A DNA stretch of 32,000 nt from an archaeon (GCA_041657425.1 JBBABY010000011.1:8950-40949), one strand, 5' to 3'; positions 18,482-27,251 are shown, numbered from the stretch's first letter. Notes: generated by a model not told the origin, from the sequence alone. Translations and numbers: made by a program.

Positions 18482-19861
18482 TTATCTTCTTTTAGTGTAT
18501 TTTTTTTGCTGTAATTTATCTTTATGCTTGAAGAAATCTCTTCTTTGTTTTTGCATTTCTTCAGGAGTCTTTTCTCCATTTATTACTTTCTTAACATTTT
18601 CTTTCTTCCTATCTCTTCCATTCTTACTGAAATGTTCTTTTCTTTCAGCAAATCTATTCCTATTTACATTTCTGCCTTCTTGGTTTCTATCATTTAATCT
18701 ACTTGTTTCTTCTGTAGATCTATTTAATTTCATAGGAACAAGAGGTGGAAGTTGTTTATTTTCAACCTTATAACCAAATCTTCTACACATTTTTAAGAAA
18801 TCTGTTTCTTCTTTTGAAGTAATTATTGCAATTGCTTTTCCTTTTTTTCCTGCTCTAGCGGTTCTTCCAATTCTATGAATGTATTGTGTTGGATCTTTAG
18901 GTAAATCATAGTTATAGATATACTCTAAATTATCAATATGTATTCCTCTTGCAGAAACATCTGTTGAAATTAATACTCCTTCTTTATTTTGATGGTATCT
19001 TTCAATAGTTCCTGTTCTTTTATTTTGTTCTAATCCACCATGTAGTTTAAAACATTCAATTCTGTTTTCTTTAAGGTTATTAAAAAGCACATCAACTTCG
19101 CTTCTTGTGTTACAGAACACTATTGCTTTCTTACAATGTTGTTTAACAAGATAAAGTAATAATGAAAACTTCATATTTGATTTAACTAAGTAATATTCTT
19201 GTAATAGATTTTTAGGATCAATTGTATTTTCAATTACAATTCTCTGAGCATTATGTATGTATTGCTTTTCAATTGTTGAAATATCATCAGAGATTGTTGC
19301 AGAGAAAAGCATTGTTTGTCTGTCTTTTGGTGTTTGTTTAATGATTTTAGTAATATCTTCAAAGAAACCCATGTCGCACATTCTGTCTGCTTCATCTAAG
19401 ATTAAATATTTTATTGCTTCTAATCTTAAGTTCCCTCTATCAATTTGATCAATTATTCTTCCTGGTGTTCCAATAACCATATCTGCATACCTTAATTGTC
19501 TTGCTTGGTTATTGATTGATGTTCCACCAAATACAACACAAGCTTCTGTGTTCTTATATTTTGCCATCTTCTTTACTTCTTCATAAACTTGATTAGCAAG
19601 TTCTCTTGTTGGAACGATAATTAATGCTTGTACTTTCTTTTGCTTAGTGATATTGGGTAATATCCCAGCTAAGAACGCAATTGTTTTACCTGTTCCTGTT
19701 GCTGATTGAGCAATTATGTTTTTTCCTTCAATAATTAAAGGAATTGCTTTAATTTGAATAGCTGTTGGCTCTTTAAAGTCAAGTTCGGTTATTACTCTAA
19801 GTATATCTTTATCAGTAATTAAATCCTGAAAAGTTAATTTTGGTTTAATAGAATCTGTCAT
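18482..19861 (-). CDS. DEAD-box ATP-dependent RNA helicase
   Basis: 459 aa. Motifs present: Q motif F..PTAIQ, I AQSATGTGKT, Ia PTRELA, Ib TPGR, II DEAD, III SAT, V STDVSARGI, VI HRIGRTARAG. Basic K/R-rich C-terminal tail. Confidence 0.95.
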   Translation of the reverse strand: MTDSIKPKLTFQDLITDKDILRVITELDFKEPTAIQIKAIPLIIEGKNIIAQSATGTGKTIAFLAGILPNITKQKKVQALIIVPTRELANQVYEEVKKMAKYKNTEACVVFGGTSINNQARQLRYADMVIGTPGRIIDQIDRGNLRLEAIKYLILDEADRMCDMGFFEDITKIIKQTPKDRQTMLFSATISDDISTIEKQYIHNAQRIVIENTIDPKNLLQEYYLVKSNMKFSLLLYLVKQHCKKAIVFCNTRSEVDVLFNNLKENRIECFKLHGGLEQNKRTGTIERYHQNKEGVLISTDVSARGIHIDNLEYIYNYDLPKDPTQYIHRIGRTARAGKKGKAIAIITSKEETDFLKMCRRFGYKVENKQLPPLVPMKLNRSTEETSRLNDRNQEGRNVNRNRFAERKEHFSKNGRDRKKENVKKVINGEKTPEEMQKQRRDFFKHKDKLQQKKYTKRR

Positions 19862-19968
19862 ATTTTTTCATTTTTTTGTTTATTATTTTTATCTATAAAT
19901 AGTTATATATATTAGATATATATTTAAGAAGCAAACCCTTTATAAAATGGGATAGAATTAACTAATAT

Positions 19969-20715
19969 CTATGGTAAACACTCAATTAATAAAGATTTTG
20001 GGTTTTCTAAATGTTCTTTCCAGAAATCTAATCCAAATTTGTTTATTCCTTCTTTACTTACTATTAAATTATGAAAATTAACTTTTCTAAAACCTGCACT
20101 TTGTAATATCTGTTTATATGTGTTTTTAGAGAAATAAGTGATATCTAATTCAATTCTACTAGATTTACTTGTCATAATCAATTTATAATTTTCTTCTTCA
20201 TTAGGAGCTTCTAATTTATTAAATGTGCTTAAATATTCTTTTTTAGGATAATATTCTTGTTTTTTAAAATCATAATCTGGATTCATAATCATAGCGATAA
20301 ATTTTCCTTCTGAAGAAGTATTATTATATATTTTTTTACATAGTTTTAATAGTTCTCTTTTTGTTTTAACATAATGAAGTACATGGATTGCTAAAACTAA
20401 ATCAAATTTGTCAATTATTGGCATTTCTGTGGCATCAAGTAGTCTATAATCTATTTGGTTATTTCTTTCTTTTGCGATTTTTATCATTTCTATAGAAGAA
20501 TCAATACCTACAATTTTTCGTGGATTGAGTTCTAATAATTTTTCTGAGTAATACCCAAATCCACAACCCACATCTAAAATGGTTTTATTATAAACAAGTC
20601 CTATATGATTAAATAAACTAGGATTTTGAGAATAATTTTTGCTAATTTGTCTGCTGGGTTCATTTATTGCATCTACATATTTATTTGCAATTTCGTTATA
20701 CAATGTATTTTCCAT
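19969..20715 (-). CDS. class I SAM-dependent methyltransferase
   Basis: 248 aa. Motif I is ILDVGCGFGYYS, followed by the acidic residue in IVGIDSS (motif II region). Substrate unknown. Confidence 0.8.
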   Translation of the reverse strand: MENTLYNEIANKYVDAINEPSRQISKNYSQNPSLFNHIGLVYNKTILDVGCGFGYYSEKLLELNPRKIVGIDSSIEMIKIAKERNNQIDYRLLDATEMPIIDKFDLVLAIHVLHYVKTKRELLKLCKKIYNNTSSEGKFIAMIMNPDYDFKKQEYYPKKEYLSTFNKLEAPNEEENYKLIMTSKSSRIELDITYFSKNTYKQILQSAGFRKVNFHNLIVSKEGINKFGLDFWKEHLENPKSLLIECLP

Positions 20716-20851
20716 ATTTCTCCCTCCTAATTTCTTGACTATTATAGAATTAGTTAAGGTTTTAAACCTAATAATATATGGTTTTACTTTAGTATAACCT
20801 ATGTTTAATAAAAGTAATAGTATTTAAATATTTTGTAACTAGTATATTTGT

Positions 20852-21676
20852 ATGATATCACAAGAGAAAGTAAATGAAATTTTAAAGATTGTAGGTAAAG
20901 AGCCAAGGACGATACAGGAATTGTCTAAGGAACTAGTAATTAGTTGGATAACTACTGAAAAATACATTGAAGAGCTTAAAAAAAACACTGGCCTTATAGA
21001 TATTAAGCATATAAAGGTGGGTTATAACACTATTAAACTAGTGTACTCCACTAATAAGATATCCTCAACAGATATTGAAGAAAATTTATTTACTAAAATT
21101 AAAGTAGCTAACTCAAAATTAGAATTCAATTTTATGGAGGTATTCCAATACATTCCAAAAGACAGATCTAATGGATATACTTTAAAGAACTGTGAAGATT
21201 TAGATCCTAAATTAGTTTTTGAATATTTAGAAAAATCTAATTTTATATATCTTTTTTCAGGCAATCTCTCTTTTTTAAAAATGAAGTATAAAAATGAAGT
21301 ATTTATCGATAAACTAGAATCTAAATTAAAAACAGGATTAAAGATAAAGATAATTGCAAGAATAGATATAGACACTGTAAAGAATATCAATTTGCTTATG
21401 CCATTATTACAAAGATATCCCGCATCTATTGAACTTAGACATCAACTTCAACCACTTAGAGGCATAGTGTTTGATTGCGGTCACGCCATTTTTAAAGAAA
21501 GTAAAGAAGAGAAGAATTATAAGCTTCATGAACTTGAAAAAGATATTACTATTATGTATGATATTTCTGATGAAGCCTGGATAAATTTTTTTATGAGTAC
21601 GTTTTGGTACTTTTATAAAACATCAATTAATTATGAAGAAAAATTAGAAGTAATAAATAGAGTTTATAAAAAATAA
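20852..21676 (+). CDS. winged-helix (HTH) domain protein, possible transcription regulator
   Basis: 274 aa. The N-terminus EPRTIQELSKELVISWITTEKYIEELKK looks like a wHTH. The C-terminal domain is unassigned. Confidence 0.5.
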   Translation: MISQEKVNEILKIVGKEPRTIQELSKELVISWITTEKYIEELKKNTGLIDIKHIKVGYNTIKLVYSTNKISSTDIEENLFTKIKVANSKLEFNFMEVFQYIPKDRSNGYTLKNCEDLDPKLVFEYLEKSNFIYLFSGNLSFLKMKYKNEVFIDKLESKLKTGLKIKIIARIDIDTVKNINLLMPLLQRYPASIELRHQLQPLRGIVFDCGHAIFKESKEEKNYKLHELEKDITIMYDISDEAWINFFMSTFWYFYKTSINYEEKLEVINRVYKK

Positions 21677-21680
21677 AAAA

Positions 21681-21710
21681 GATTCTCTTCTCCTAGATTT
21701 GGTTGGGGGG
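21681..21710 (-). repeat. decayed copy of the 3' part (T arm + acceptor + 3 nt trailer) of the tRNA-Tyr gene
   Basis: gattctcttctcctagatttggttgggggg versus tRNA-Tyr 22332-22360 gattccctcctcccagatttggactgggg. By my hand count, 23 of 29 positions are identical in an ungapped alignment, in the same orientation. The copy no longer folds into a T arm. Confidence 0.5.
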
Positions 21711-21781
21711 AAGCGAGTTTGTTGTTCGTTGTTAGATACTTTAGTTTCATTCTTACCAACTTCTTTAATGCTTAATAAAAA

Positions 21782-22252
21782 TTATTTCCTAAAAAAGTAA
21801 TCTCCTGTTTTTATTTTTTTAATTTCATCAAGAGTAAAACCTTTTTGTTTTAAAACAGATGGAGTAATGCCACGAACTTTTAAATGATGATAATAAATAT
21901 CTTTTAAGAAAACCTCATTATAGGTTTCTATATTTTGTATGCCTGTATGTTTAGAGGTTTGGTCTAAAATATCTCTCACAATCTGACGCGATTGATGTAT
22001 AGAATCTTCAATAATAGAACCTACTGTTTCTTTAGTCCACGATTTTTTTACCTTTGGTAATTCTAATTCATTAATACTTTCAAATATAGTTTTTAATATG
22101 ATTTTTTCTGCTCCTACTTTCTTGGGAAACCATTGCCCATTCACTTTCTTTAATTCAAATAATTCTTTAGCTACAACAGCTTTTTTATCTTTTGGTATTC
22201 TAAACACTGGTGACATTTTTGCTGGTCTTTTTGCTACGCCTGCCATTTTCAA
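21782..22252 (-). CDS. hypothetical protein (the only ORF between tRNA-Tyr and its partial copy)
   Basis: 156-aa ORF, basic, with no motif recognised. Confidence 0.5.
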   Translation of the reverse strand: MKMAGVAKRPAKMSPVFRIPKDKKAVVAKELFELKKVNGQWFPKKVGAEKIILKTIFESINELELPKVKKSWTKETVGSIIEDSIHQSRQIVRDILDQTSKHTGIQNIETYNEVFLKDIYYHHLKVRGITPSVLKQKGFTLDEIKKIKTGDYFFRK

Positions 22253-22334
22253 ATCATCTCCATTTAATTTTATTTATACAAAAGTATAGTTCAATATATT
22301 TAAAAAAGTAAGTATATAGAAATAGAAGTTGGAT

Positions 22335-22459
22335 TCCCTCCTCCCAGATTTGGACTGGGGATCTACCGGTCACTGCCTTTTTTTGTTATTCGAAAATAAC
22401 AAAAATAGTGTGTTACTAAAGTCTACAGCCGGTCGCACTAACCGCTATGCTAAGGAGGG
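22335..22459 (-). tRNA. tRNA-Tyr(GUA) with a 52-nt intron at the canonical 37/38 position
   Basis: Hand-folded cloverleaf. Acceptor CCCUCCU/AGGAGGG with C1:G72 and A73. D arm GCAU-AGCGGUUA-GUGC. Anticodon stem ACCGG/CCGGU. Loop CU-GUA-GA after splicing. Variable AGAUC. T arm CCCAG-UCCAAAU-CUGGG. The mature length is 73 nt and no CCA is encoded. Confidence 0.88.
22371..22422 (-). other. tRNA-Tyr intron with a canonical bulge-helix-bulge splice motif
   Basis: Central 4-bp helix CUGU/GCAG is flanked by 3-nt bulges AGA (5' site) and UGA (3' site) and by outer helix CUUU/AAAG. The intron core is a perfect 11-bp hairpin, UUUUUGUUAUU-UUCG-AAUAACAAAAA (22380-22405). Confidence 0.8.
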
Positions 22460-22487
22460 ATTATACTACTTAGTATATAATATTTAA

Positions 22488-22508
22488 GAAAGAAAAATTA
22501 TATAAATA
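22488..22508 (-). promoter_or_regulatory. putative TATA-type promoter of tRNA-Tyr
   Basis: The minus strand reads TATTTATATAATTTTTCTTTC ~30-50 nt upstream of the tRNA 5' end. It has the same TATTTATAT..TTTCTTT architecture as the tRNA-Ala upstream motifs. Confidence 0.4.
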
Positions 22509-22533
22509 GCTACTTTTTATTATTTAAATAAAA

Positions 22534-23544
22534 TCACATCTTTATAAAAAAAATAAACACCATAAAAGCAATAATTACAATAATTATAAATATCACTATA
22601 CTATATACAACTAATGATATAGATTTTTTAATTATTTCTGGATCATAATGAGACAGTTGTGCCTGATTATCATTTTGATCTTTATCGGGCAATTTATTTT
22701 TTTTAGGTAATAATGCAACAATGATTATAGGAAGTAAAAGTAAAGCTATAAAACCCAGAAATTGTGTAAGAATAAAGATAATGAATAATGCTCCAATAAT
22801 AGATACAGATTTAACTCCAGACAAGTTTATAATTTTTTGTGATTTTTCTTCATTTAAATCATCATTATTGTTTATTTTATGTATATAATTATGAGTATAT
22901 ACATCAACTATTGTTTTTAATATTAAAAATAGCAATATCTGGGTACGAAAATATAATCCTCCAATAGTTAAAACAATCATTGCTGGGATAAATCTAAGAT
23001 ATGGCATAAAAATTAATCTTCCAATTGTTTCTGGTCTTTGTATATCTGTTTTAAAATTAGTAATAAATGAGATTAAATGATTAATAAAAAATATCAATAC
23101 TGAAATTCCAAAAAATATCCAGCCAATTGGTGTTATTATTGTTTGACCACAAATCGCGCTCGTTATTGTGGCTTGTGCAATTGCTGTTTTTGAACAAACA
23201 AGTGATGGAGTTATTGATAATATTGTTGCCAGCAATAAGAAAAAGAATAATGTAGAATTATAAAAGCCCCAATAAACTATTGCTAAAATGTTCTTTGCTG
23301 CTTTTATAGATGATAAAGATAAACTATTAAAATGAGAGAAAGTGGATAAATCTATTCTTTGTTTATTTAATATTTTGAGAAAATGAAAAAATCCTATGAT
23401 AAAACTTTGTATAACGTATAGTAAAATCATTACTCCAATATTCCAGTTTTGAATAATTGCAAAAACAATAACAATTAGATTTGTAACAATAAGAGAGAAA
23501 AGGGATAAGTCCCATTTAAATCTAAAATCTTCAATCAAAGACAT
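22534..23544 (-). CDS. polytopic membrane protein, function unknown (last gene of the tdk operon)
   Basis: 336-aa ORF with ~9-10 hydrophobic helices. It starts 3 nt after the stop of 23548..23979. Confidence 0.65.
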   Translation of the reverse strand: MSLIEDFRFKWDLSLFSLIVTNLIVIVFAIIQNWNIGVMILLYVIQSFIIGFFHFLKILNKQRIDLSTFSHFNSLSLSSIKAAKNILAIVYWGFYNSTLFFFLLLATILSITPSLVCSKTAIAQATITSAICGQTIITPIGWIFFGISVLIFFINHLISFITNFKTDIQRPETIGRLIFMPYLRFIPAMIVLTIGGLYFRTQILLFLILKTIVDVYTHNYIHKINNNDDLNEEKSQKIINLSGVKSVSIIGALFIIFILTQFLGFIALLLLPIIIVALLPKKNKLPDKDQNDNQAQLSHYDPEIIKKSISLVVYSIVIFIIIVIIAFMVFIFFIKM

Positions 23545-23547
23545 AAT

Positions 23548-23979
23548 TTACTTCTTTACTTTCATTAACTTCTTGTTTGCTGGAAAGACTATGTGGTGTG
23601 CTGCAAATGAAACTCCTTTCTCTATTGCATATTTTTCAATTAAGTAAACTTTGAAAAGTTCAGTATATGCATCTTTTATTTCTTTCTTGTCCATATCGCT
23701 TGGAAGGAAATCTTTGATTATCTTCTTTGTTCCATTGGAATTAACTTCTTCTATAAATTTCCCAATTTCAAGTGCCATGAGTGACTTTGTCTTTTCTTCA
23801 AATTTTTTAATATCACAAATTTTGCCTAAGTAATCTTTAATCTTTTGAGATGTAGAGAACTCAACACTTGCTAGAAATTCTATAACGTGTGTTGGTAAAA
23901 CATCTTTGTCTATTGTTAATTTTTTTATAGAAACAAATTTATCAAAATTTGCTATAAATTGTATTGATTCTTCTGCCAT
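23548..23979 (-). CDS. hypothetical soluble protein
   Basis: 143-aa ORF with no motif recognised. It sits in the same-strand gene string downstream of tdk. Confidence 0.55.
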   Translation of the reverse strand: MAEESIQFIANFDKFVSIKKLTIDKDVLPTHVIEFLASVEFSTSQKIKDYLGKICDIKKFEEKTKSLMALEIGKFIEEVNSNGTKKIIKDFLPSDMDKKEIKDAYTELFKVYLIEKYAIEKGVSFAAHHIVFPANKKLMKVKK

Positions 23980-24034
23980 AATTCTTCTCTCCTTTTATTT
24001 TTATTAAATTAAATAAATAATGTCTAAATTCTAT

Positions 24035-24850
24035 TTAAATCTTTCCATTCCAAATTTTTGCACTATCTGTAAAATAAATTTTTATCTCTCCAGAAGGCAA
24101 TCTTTCATAAAATATGTTGCCTTTTGTAGAAATATCTGTAATTCCTAGGTTATTTTGAGCAAATTCGTTTGCTTTAGATCTTTTTTTATTTATTGCGTTT
24201 ATTTCTTCTTTTGATAATAATTTATTATCTAATGCATATTCATAATTAGTAAGATTTGTAAAATCATATACAATTATATTATTAAATTTATATTTTGGAT
24301 TAGTTACATTTTCTCCCCATATTGCAAAATGAGGTTTAATTATATTAAAACCTGCGGCTTCTAATATTTTTTGACTTTCAAATTCATTATAGCTTGGATA
24401 ATTCCCAGAATCATATTTTTTACCTAATTTAATAAAATATTCTTTTCTTAAATTTGTTTCTTTATCTAAAAATGTTAATTTATATACACCCACATTATTT
24501 CTACTGGAATTAGAAGGTAAATTTAACTTAGATATATTAAATTTAAGTTTAGAAGTTTCTATATTTTCAATACTTTTATTAAATAATAATCCATTTACTA
24601 TTTTAAATATTTCTGGATATCTCTTAAGTAAGGTACGTGCTTCTATGGATAAAGATAGAACTGTATTATTCTTTTTTATAATAAAATAATGATCTCCATT
24701 TTCTTTATAGCTAACTCTTTTTAATTCTAAATTTCCTGATTGACGAGTTTTAATATCAACAGTCTTTTTATTTTGTTCATCTTTATATGAAACAATTGGA
24801 ATGGGTTTTGTTTTTGATTTATTAAACCATTGTTTTATTTTTTTAAACAT
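24035..24850 (-). CDS. 271-aa protein of unknown function, paralog B of 25424..26239 (possible atypical kinase-like fold)
   Basis: Track ORF 24035..24988 overlaps tdk by 131 nt. Met47 (24850) starts 7 nt after the tdk stop and gives exactly 271 aa. Blocks shared with paralog A: L(S/T).EAR..LK..PE, YF(I/V)K, GFNIIKP.FAI, NI(I/V)VYD(F/Y)TNL..Y, N(I/V)F..RLP.G..K.YFTD. Confidence 0.7.
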   Translation of the reverse strand: MFKKIKQWFNKSKTKPIPIVSYKDEQNKKTVDIKTRQSGNLELKRVSYKENGDHYFIIKKNNTVLSLSIEARTLLKRYPEIFKIVNGLLFNKSIENIETSKLKFNISKLNLPSNSSRNNVGVYKLTFLDKETNLRKEYFIKLGKKYDSGNYPSYNEFESQKILEAAGFNIIKPHFAIWGENVTNPKYKFNNIIVYDFTNLTNYEYALDNKLLSKEEINAINKKRSKANEFAQNNLGITDISTKGNIFYERLPSGEIKIYFTDSAKIWNGKI

Positions 24851-24857
24851 AAATCTT

Positions 24858-25427
24858 TCACAATTTAAAACAGTTTTTACATCTTGCTTGGTATTTGTCT
24901 TGTCCACCAACAACCACTGTTGCTGTGTCTGTTCCTGTTCTATAAGTCTTTGTAGCTTTTTCTCCACACATATTACATATTGCATCAAGGGAAATTATTT
25001 GATCACTTATTGCCATTAGATACCCTATGTCTTTCTTTCCATCTTTGAAAGGAAATGGTTCTCCTTTGAATGTTTGGTTTAATCCACAAGTATAAACATC
25101 TATTCCTAAGTTATTAATTTTATTTATTACTTCTGTGATGTTTGAATCAAAAAACTGGATTTCATCAATAAATATATTTTCAATTGCTTTTTGTTTATTA
25201 AGTTCAATTGTTTTGTCCCAGATATCGTGTGAATTATTTGCAATAATTGCTTTTCTTCCAACGCCGTTGTGATTAAGTACATCTTCTTCTGAATATCTAT
25301 TGTCTATTTGTGGTTTAAAGAGAATTGAGTTTCTTTTAGCAATCAATTCTCTATCCATTAGTCTAAGTAATTCTGTTGTTTTACCAGAAAACATTGGTCC
25401 AACAATTGTAATTAATATTCCAGTCAT
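24858..25427 (-). CDS. tdk: thymidine kinase (TK1 type)
   Basis: 189 aa. P-loop GPMFSGKT, DEIQFF, and the Zn-binding lasso cysteines CNMCGEKA and ARCKNC. Its ATG overlaps the stop of the upstream gene (ATGA at 25424-25427). Confidence 0.93.
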   Translation of the reverse strand: MTGILITIVGPMFSGKTTELLRLMDRELIAKRNSILFKPQIDNRYSEEDVLNHNGVGRKAIIANNSHDIWDKTIELNKQKAIENIFIDEIQFFDSNITEVINKINNLGIDVYTCGLNQTFKGEPFPFKDGKKDIGYLMAISDQIISLDAICNMCGEKATKTYRTGTDTATVVVGGQDKYQARCKNCFKL

Positions 25428-26239
25428 AAATATTCTTCTTTTTTTCGTTTATATGCTTTTTCTTCCCAGTATAAATCTGTAAAATATAATTTTAATTTTC
25501 CATTAGGTAATCTCTTAACAAAAACATTATTATTTGGTTCAAATCTATAATGGTATCTATAATAATCTTCTAATTCTTTTAATTCCAGAGATTTCGGTAA
25601 TTTTTTAAAAACATCTTCAATTTCTAGCATTTCTGCAATTTTTATTTTTCCGTTTATAAACGCATCATGATATGTTTCTAAATTAGTATAATCATAAACT
25701 ACTATATTAGGAGTTCCATGTTTAATTTTTGTTATTGCAAATTGTGGTTTAATAATATTAAATCCTAATCTTTCCATTTCTTTAACTGCTAAAAACTCTG
25801 CTTCTGCATTTCCAACTGTGGATAAAGATAAATATTCTTTTACGAAATATTTTTTTATTTTTCCTGTTTTTTTATCTTTAAATAATAACTCGCAAATTTT
25901 ATTATGTGTGCTTCCATTCATTCTTTTTTCTTGTAATCTAAATAACCCGGTTTTTGTTTCTAGTTTAGCATTAATTGTTGTATTTTTCTTTAAAAACTCT
26001 TTTTGTACAAATTCTATAAGTTCTGGATTTTCTTTTAATATTCTTCTCGCTTCTGGAGTTAAATGTGTAATTCTAGAAGGTAAATTAAATTGATTTTTTT
26101 CAACTTTAGTATAAAATCTGTTTTTTGGATTTTTTGGATCAACAGTTATAGCTATTTTGCCTTTGTCAGATGTGGTCATTTTACGTATTATTCTGGTCTT
26201 TGACCGTTTAAAACCTAGATTAATTAGTTTGAGTGGCAT
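25424..26239 (-). CDS. 271-aa protein of unknown function, paralog A of 24035..24850 (possible atypical kinase-like fold)
   Basis: 271-aa ORF, first gene of the minus-strand operon. Its conserved blocks are shared with paralog B (listed there). The order YFVK ... AEAEF ... VVYDY ... NVFV ... YFTD loosely parallels beta3-Lys / alphaC-Glu / hinge / catalytic-loop Asn / DFG-Asp of RIO/Bud32-like small kinases. The catalytic HxD is not evident. Confidence 0.7.
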   Translation of the reverse strand: MPLKLINLGFKRSKTRIIRKMTTSDKGKIAITVDPKNPKNRFYTKVEKNQFNLPSRITHLTPEARRILKENPELIEFVQKEFLKKNTTINAKLETKTGLFRLQEKRMNGSTHNKICELLFKDKKTGKIKKYFVKEYLSLSTVGNAEAEFLAVKEMERLGFNIIKPQFAITKIKHGTPNIVVYDYTNLETYHDAFINGKIKIAEMLEIEDVFKKLPKSLELKELEDYYRYHYRFEPNNNVFVKRLPNGKLKLYFTDLYWEEKAYKRKKEEYL

Positions 26240-26300
26240 AATATGAAATATATATAATAAAACCTAATATAAAGATTGAGGTTGTAATACATATAACAGG

Positions 26301-27186
26301 ATGTAAAGATATAACTAGAAATATTATACTAATTATTGAGGGCGGAGCAATAAGCGGAATCTTTGGGGCAGGGGTTCTAAGTGCATTTAATTCAGCAAAA
26401 ATTCATTCCAGAGTTCATAGTATATATACTGTTTCTGCAGGAGCCCACCTTGGAGCATACTTTTTATCTGAAAAACCAATTGTTGCATCAGGAATATATA
26501 CTAAAGAACTAATGTATAAAAGAAACAAATTCTTTAAGTTAGGTATTTTTGGATTATGGAAAAGTTTCTGGAAATTGTTGTTTAAAAGAGAAAATTTACA
26601 TTTATTAGATTTGGATGTATTAAGAGCAATTGAGAAAACAAAAAGAAAGTTAGATTTCCATAAGATAAAAAAAAGTAAAATAAAATTTTTTGTTGCAGTT
26701 TTTGATCATGAAAACATGATGACTAAATACATAGATGGAAAGAAAGACACCATTGAAGTAATTAATCTTTCTTCTTATCTTGCCCCCTATATATTCCTAG
26801 AAACAAAAACAAAACACGTATATGATGGTAAAACCGTTCCTAATGCAGTTTTCTTAGATATAATGGAAGAGCACAAAGATAAAAGAATAATCTGGATAAT
26901 GAACGAGAGAAGAACAAATAAGCATCAGATAAAAGATATTCCTTTTCGCGTTATTGATATGTATGCAAAGTCTATGTATTTTGGATTTAGATATCTAGTA
27001 TATCATTTAATTCATTTTTTTGATGAATCATCAATTGAAACAATACACACTTATTCAAATGTAACATTAATATATCCAGATCAGGATGTTAGAAAAATTA
27101 CAAGAGATAAAAAAAGAATCCTTGGACTATTTAAAAATGGGATTTCAAGAGGGAAAAAAATTCTAAAGAAATTTAAAATAAAATAA
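26301..27186 (+). pseudogene. patatin-like phospholipase, copy 1, with a disrupted start (ATG followed by one extra nt)
   Basis: The frame of track ORF 26512..27186 is open back to 26242. There it encodes the homologous catalytic N-terminus ..KDITRNIILIIEGGAISGIFGAGVL..IYTVSAGAH.., but with no in-frame ATG/GTG/TTG. The only ATG (26301-26303) is followed by TAA and is out of frame by one nt (T 26304). Confidence 0.65.
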
Positions 27187-27251
27187 AGAAAGCAAATATA
27201 AATCTTATTGTAATCACATTATACTATTAATAATACTAATTATTGAATAAT

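Noticed and set aside
21681-21760. Possibility that the tRNA-like fragment is a functional 3' half of a split tRNA (as in Nanoarchaeum) or a second tRNA gene
   Set aside because: No T arm can be formed (CCCAA..CUAGG does not pair). I also found no anticodon-stem strand and no GC-rich complementary leader. It looks like a mutated relic.
22380-22405. Perfect 11-bp palindrome with a 4-nt loop, considered as a terminator or protein-binding operator
   Set aside because: It lies entirely inside the tRNA-Tyr intron defined by a canonical BHB motif, so it is best explained as intron structure.
24851-24988. N-terminal 46-aa extension of ORF 24035..24988 overlapping the 3' end of tdk
   Set aside because: The extension (MMQYVICVEKKLQRLIEQEQTQQQW..) is antisense-shadow-like and overlaps tdk by 131 nt. 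Met47 starts 7 nt after the tdk stop and gives the same 271-aa length as the paralog.
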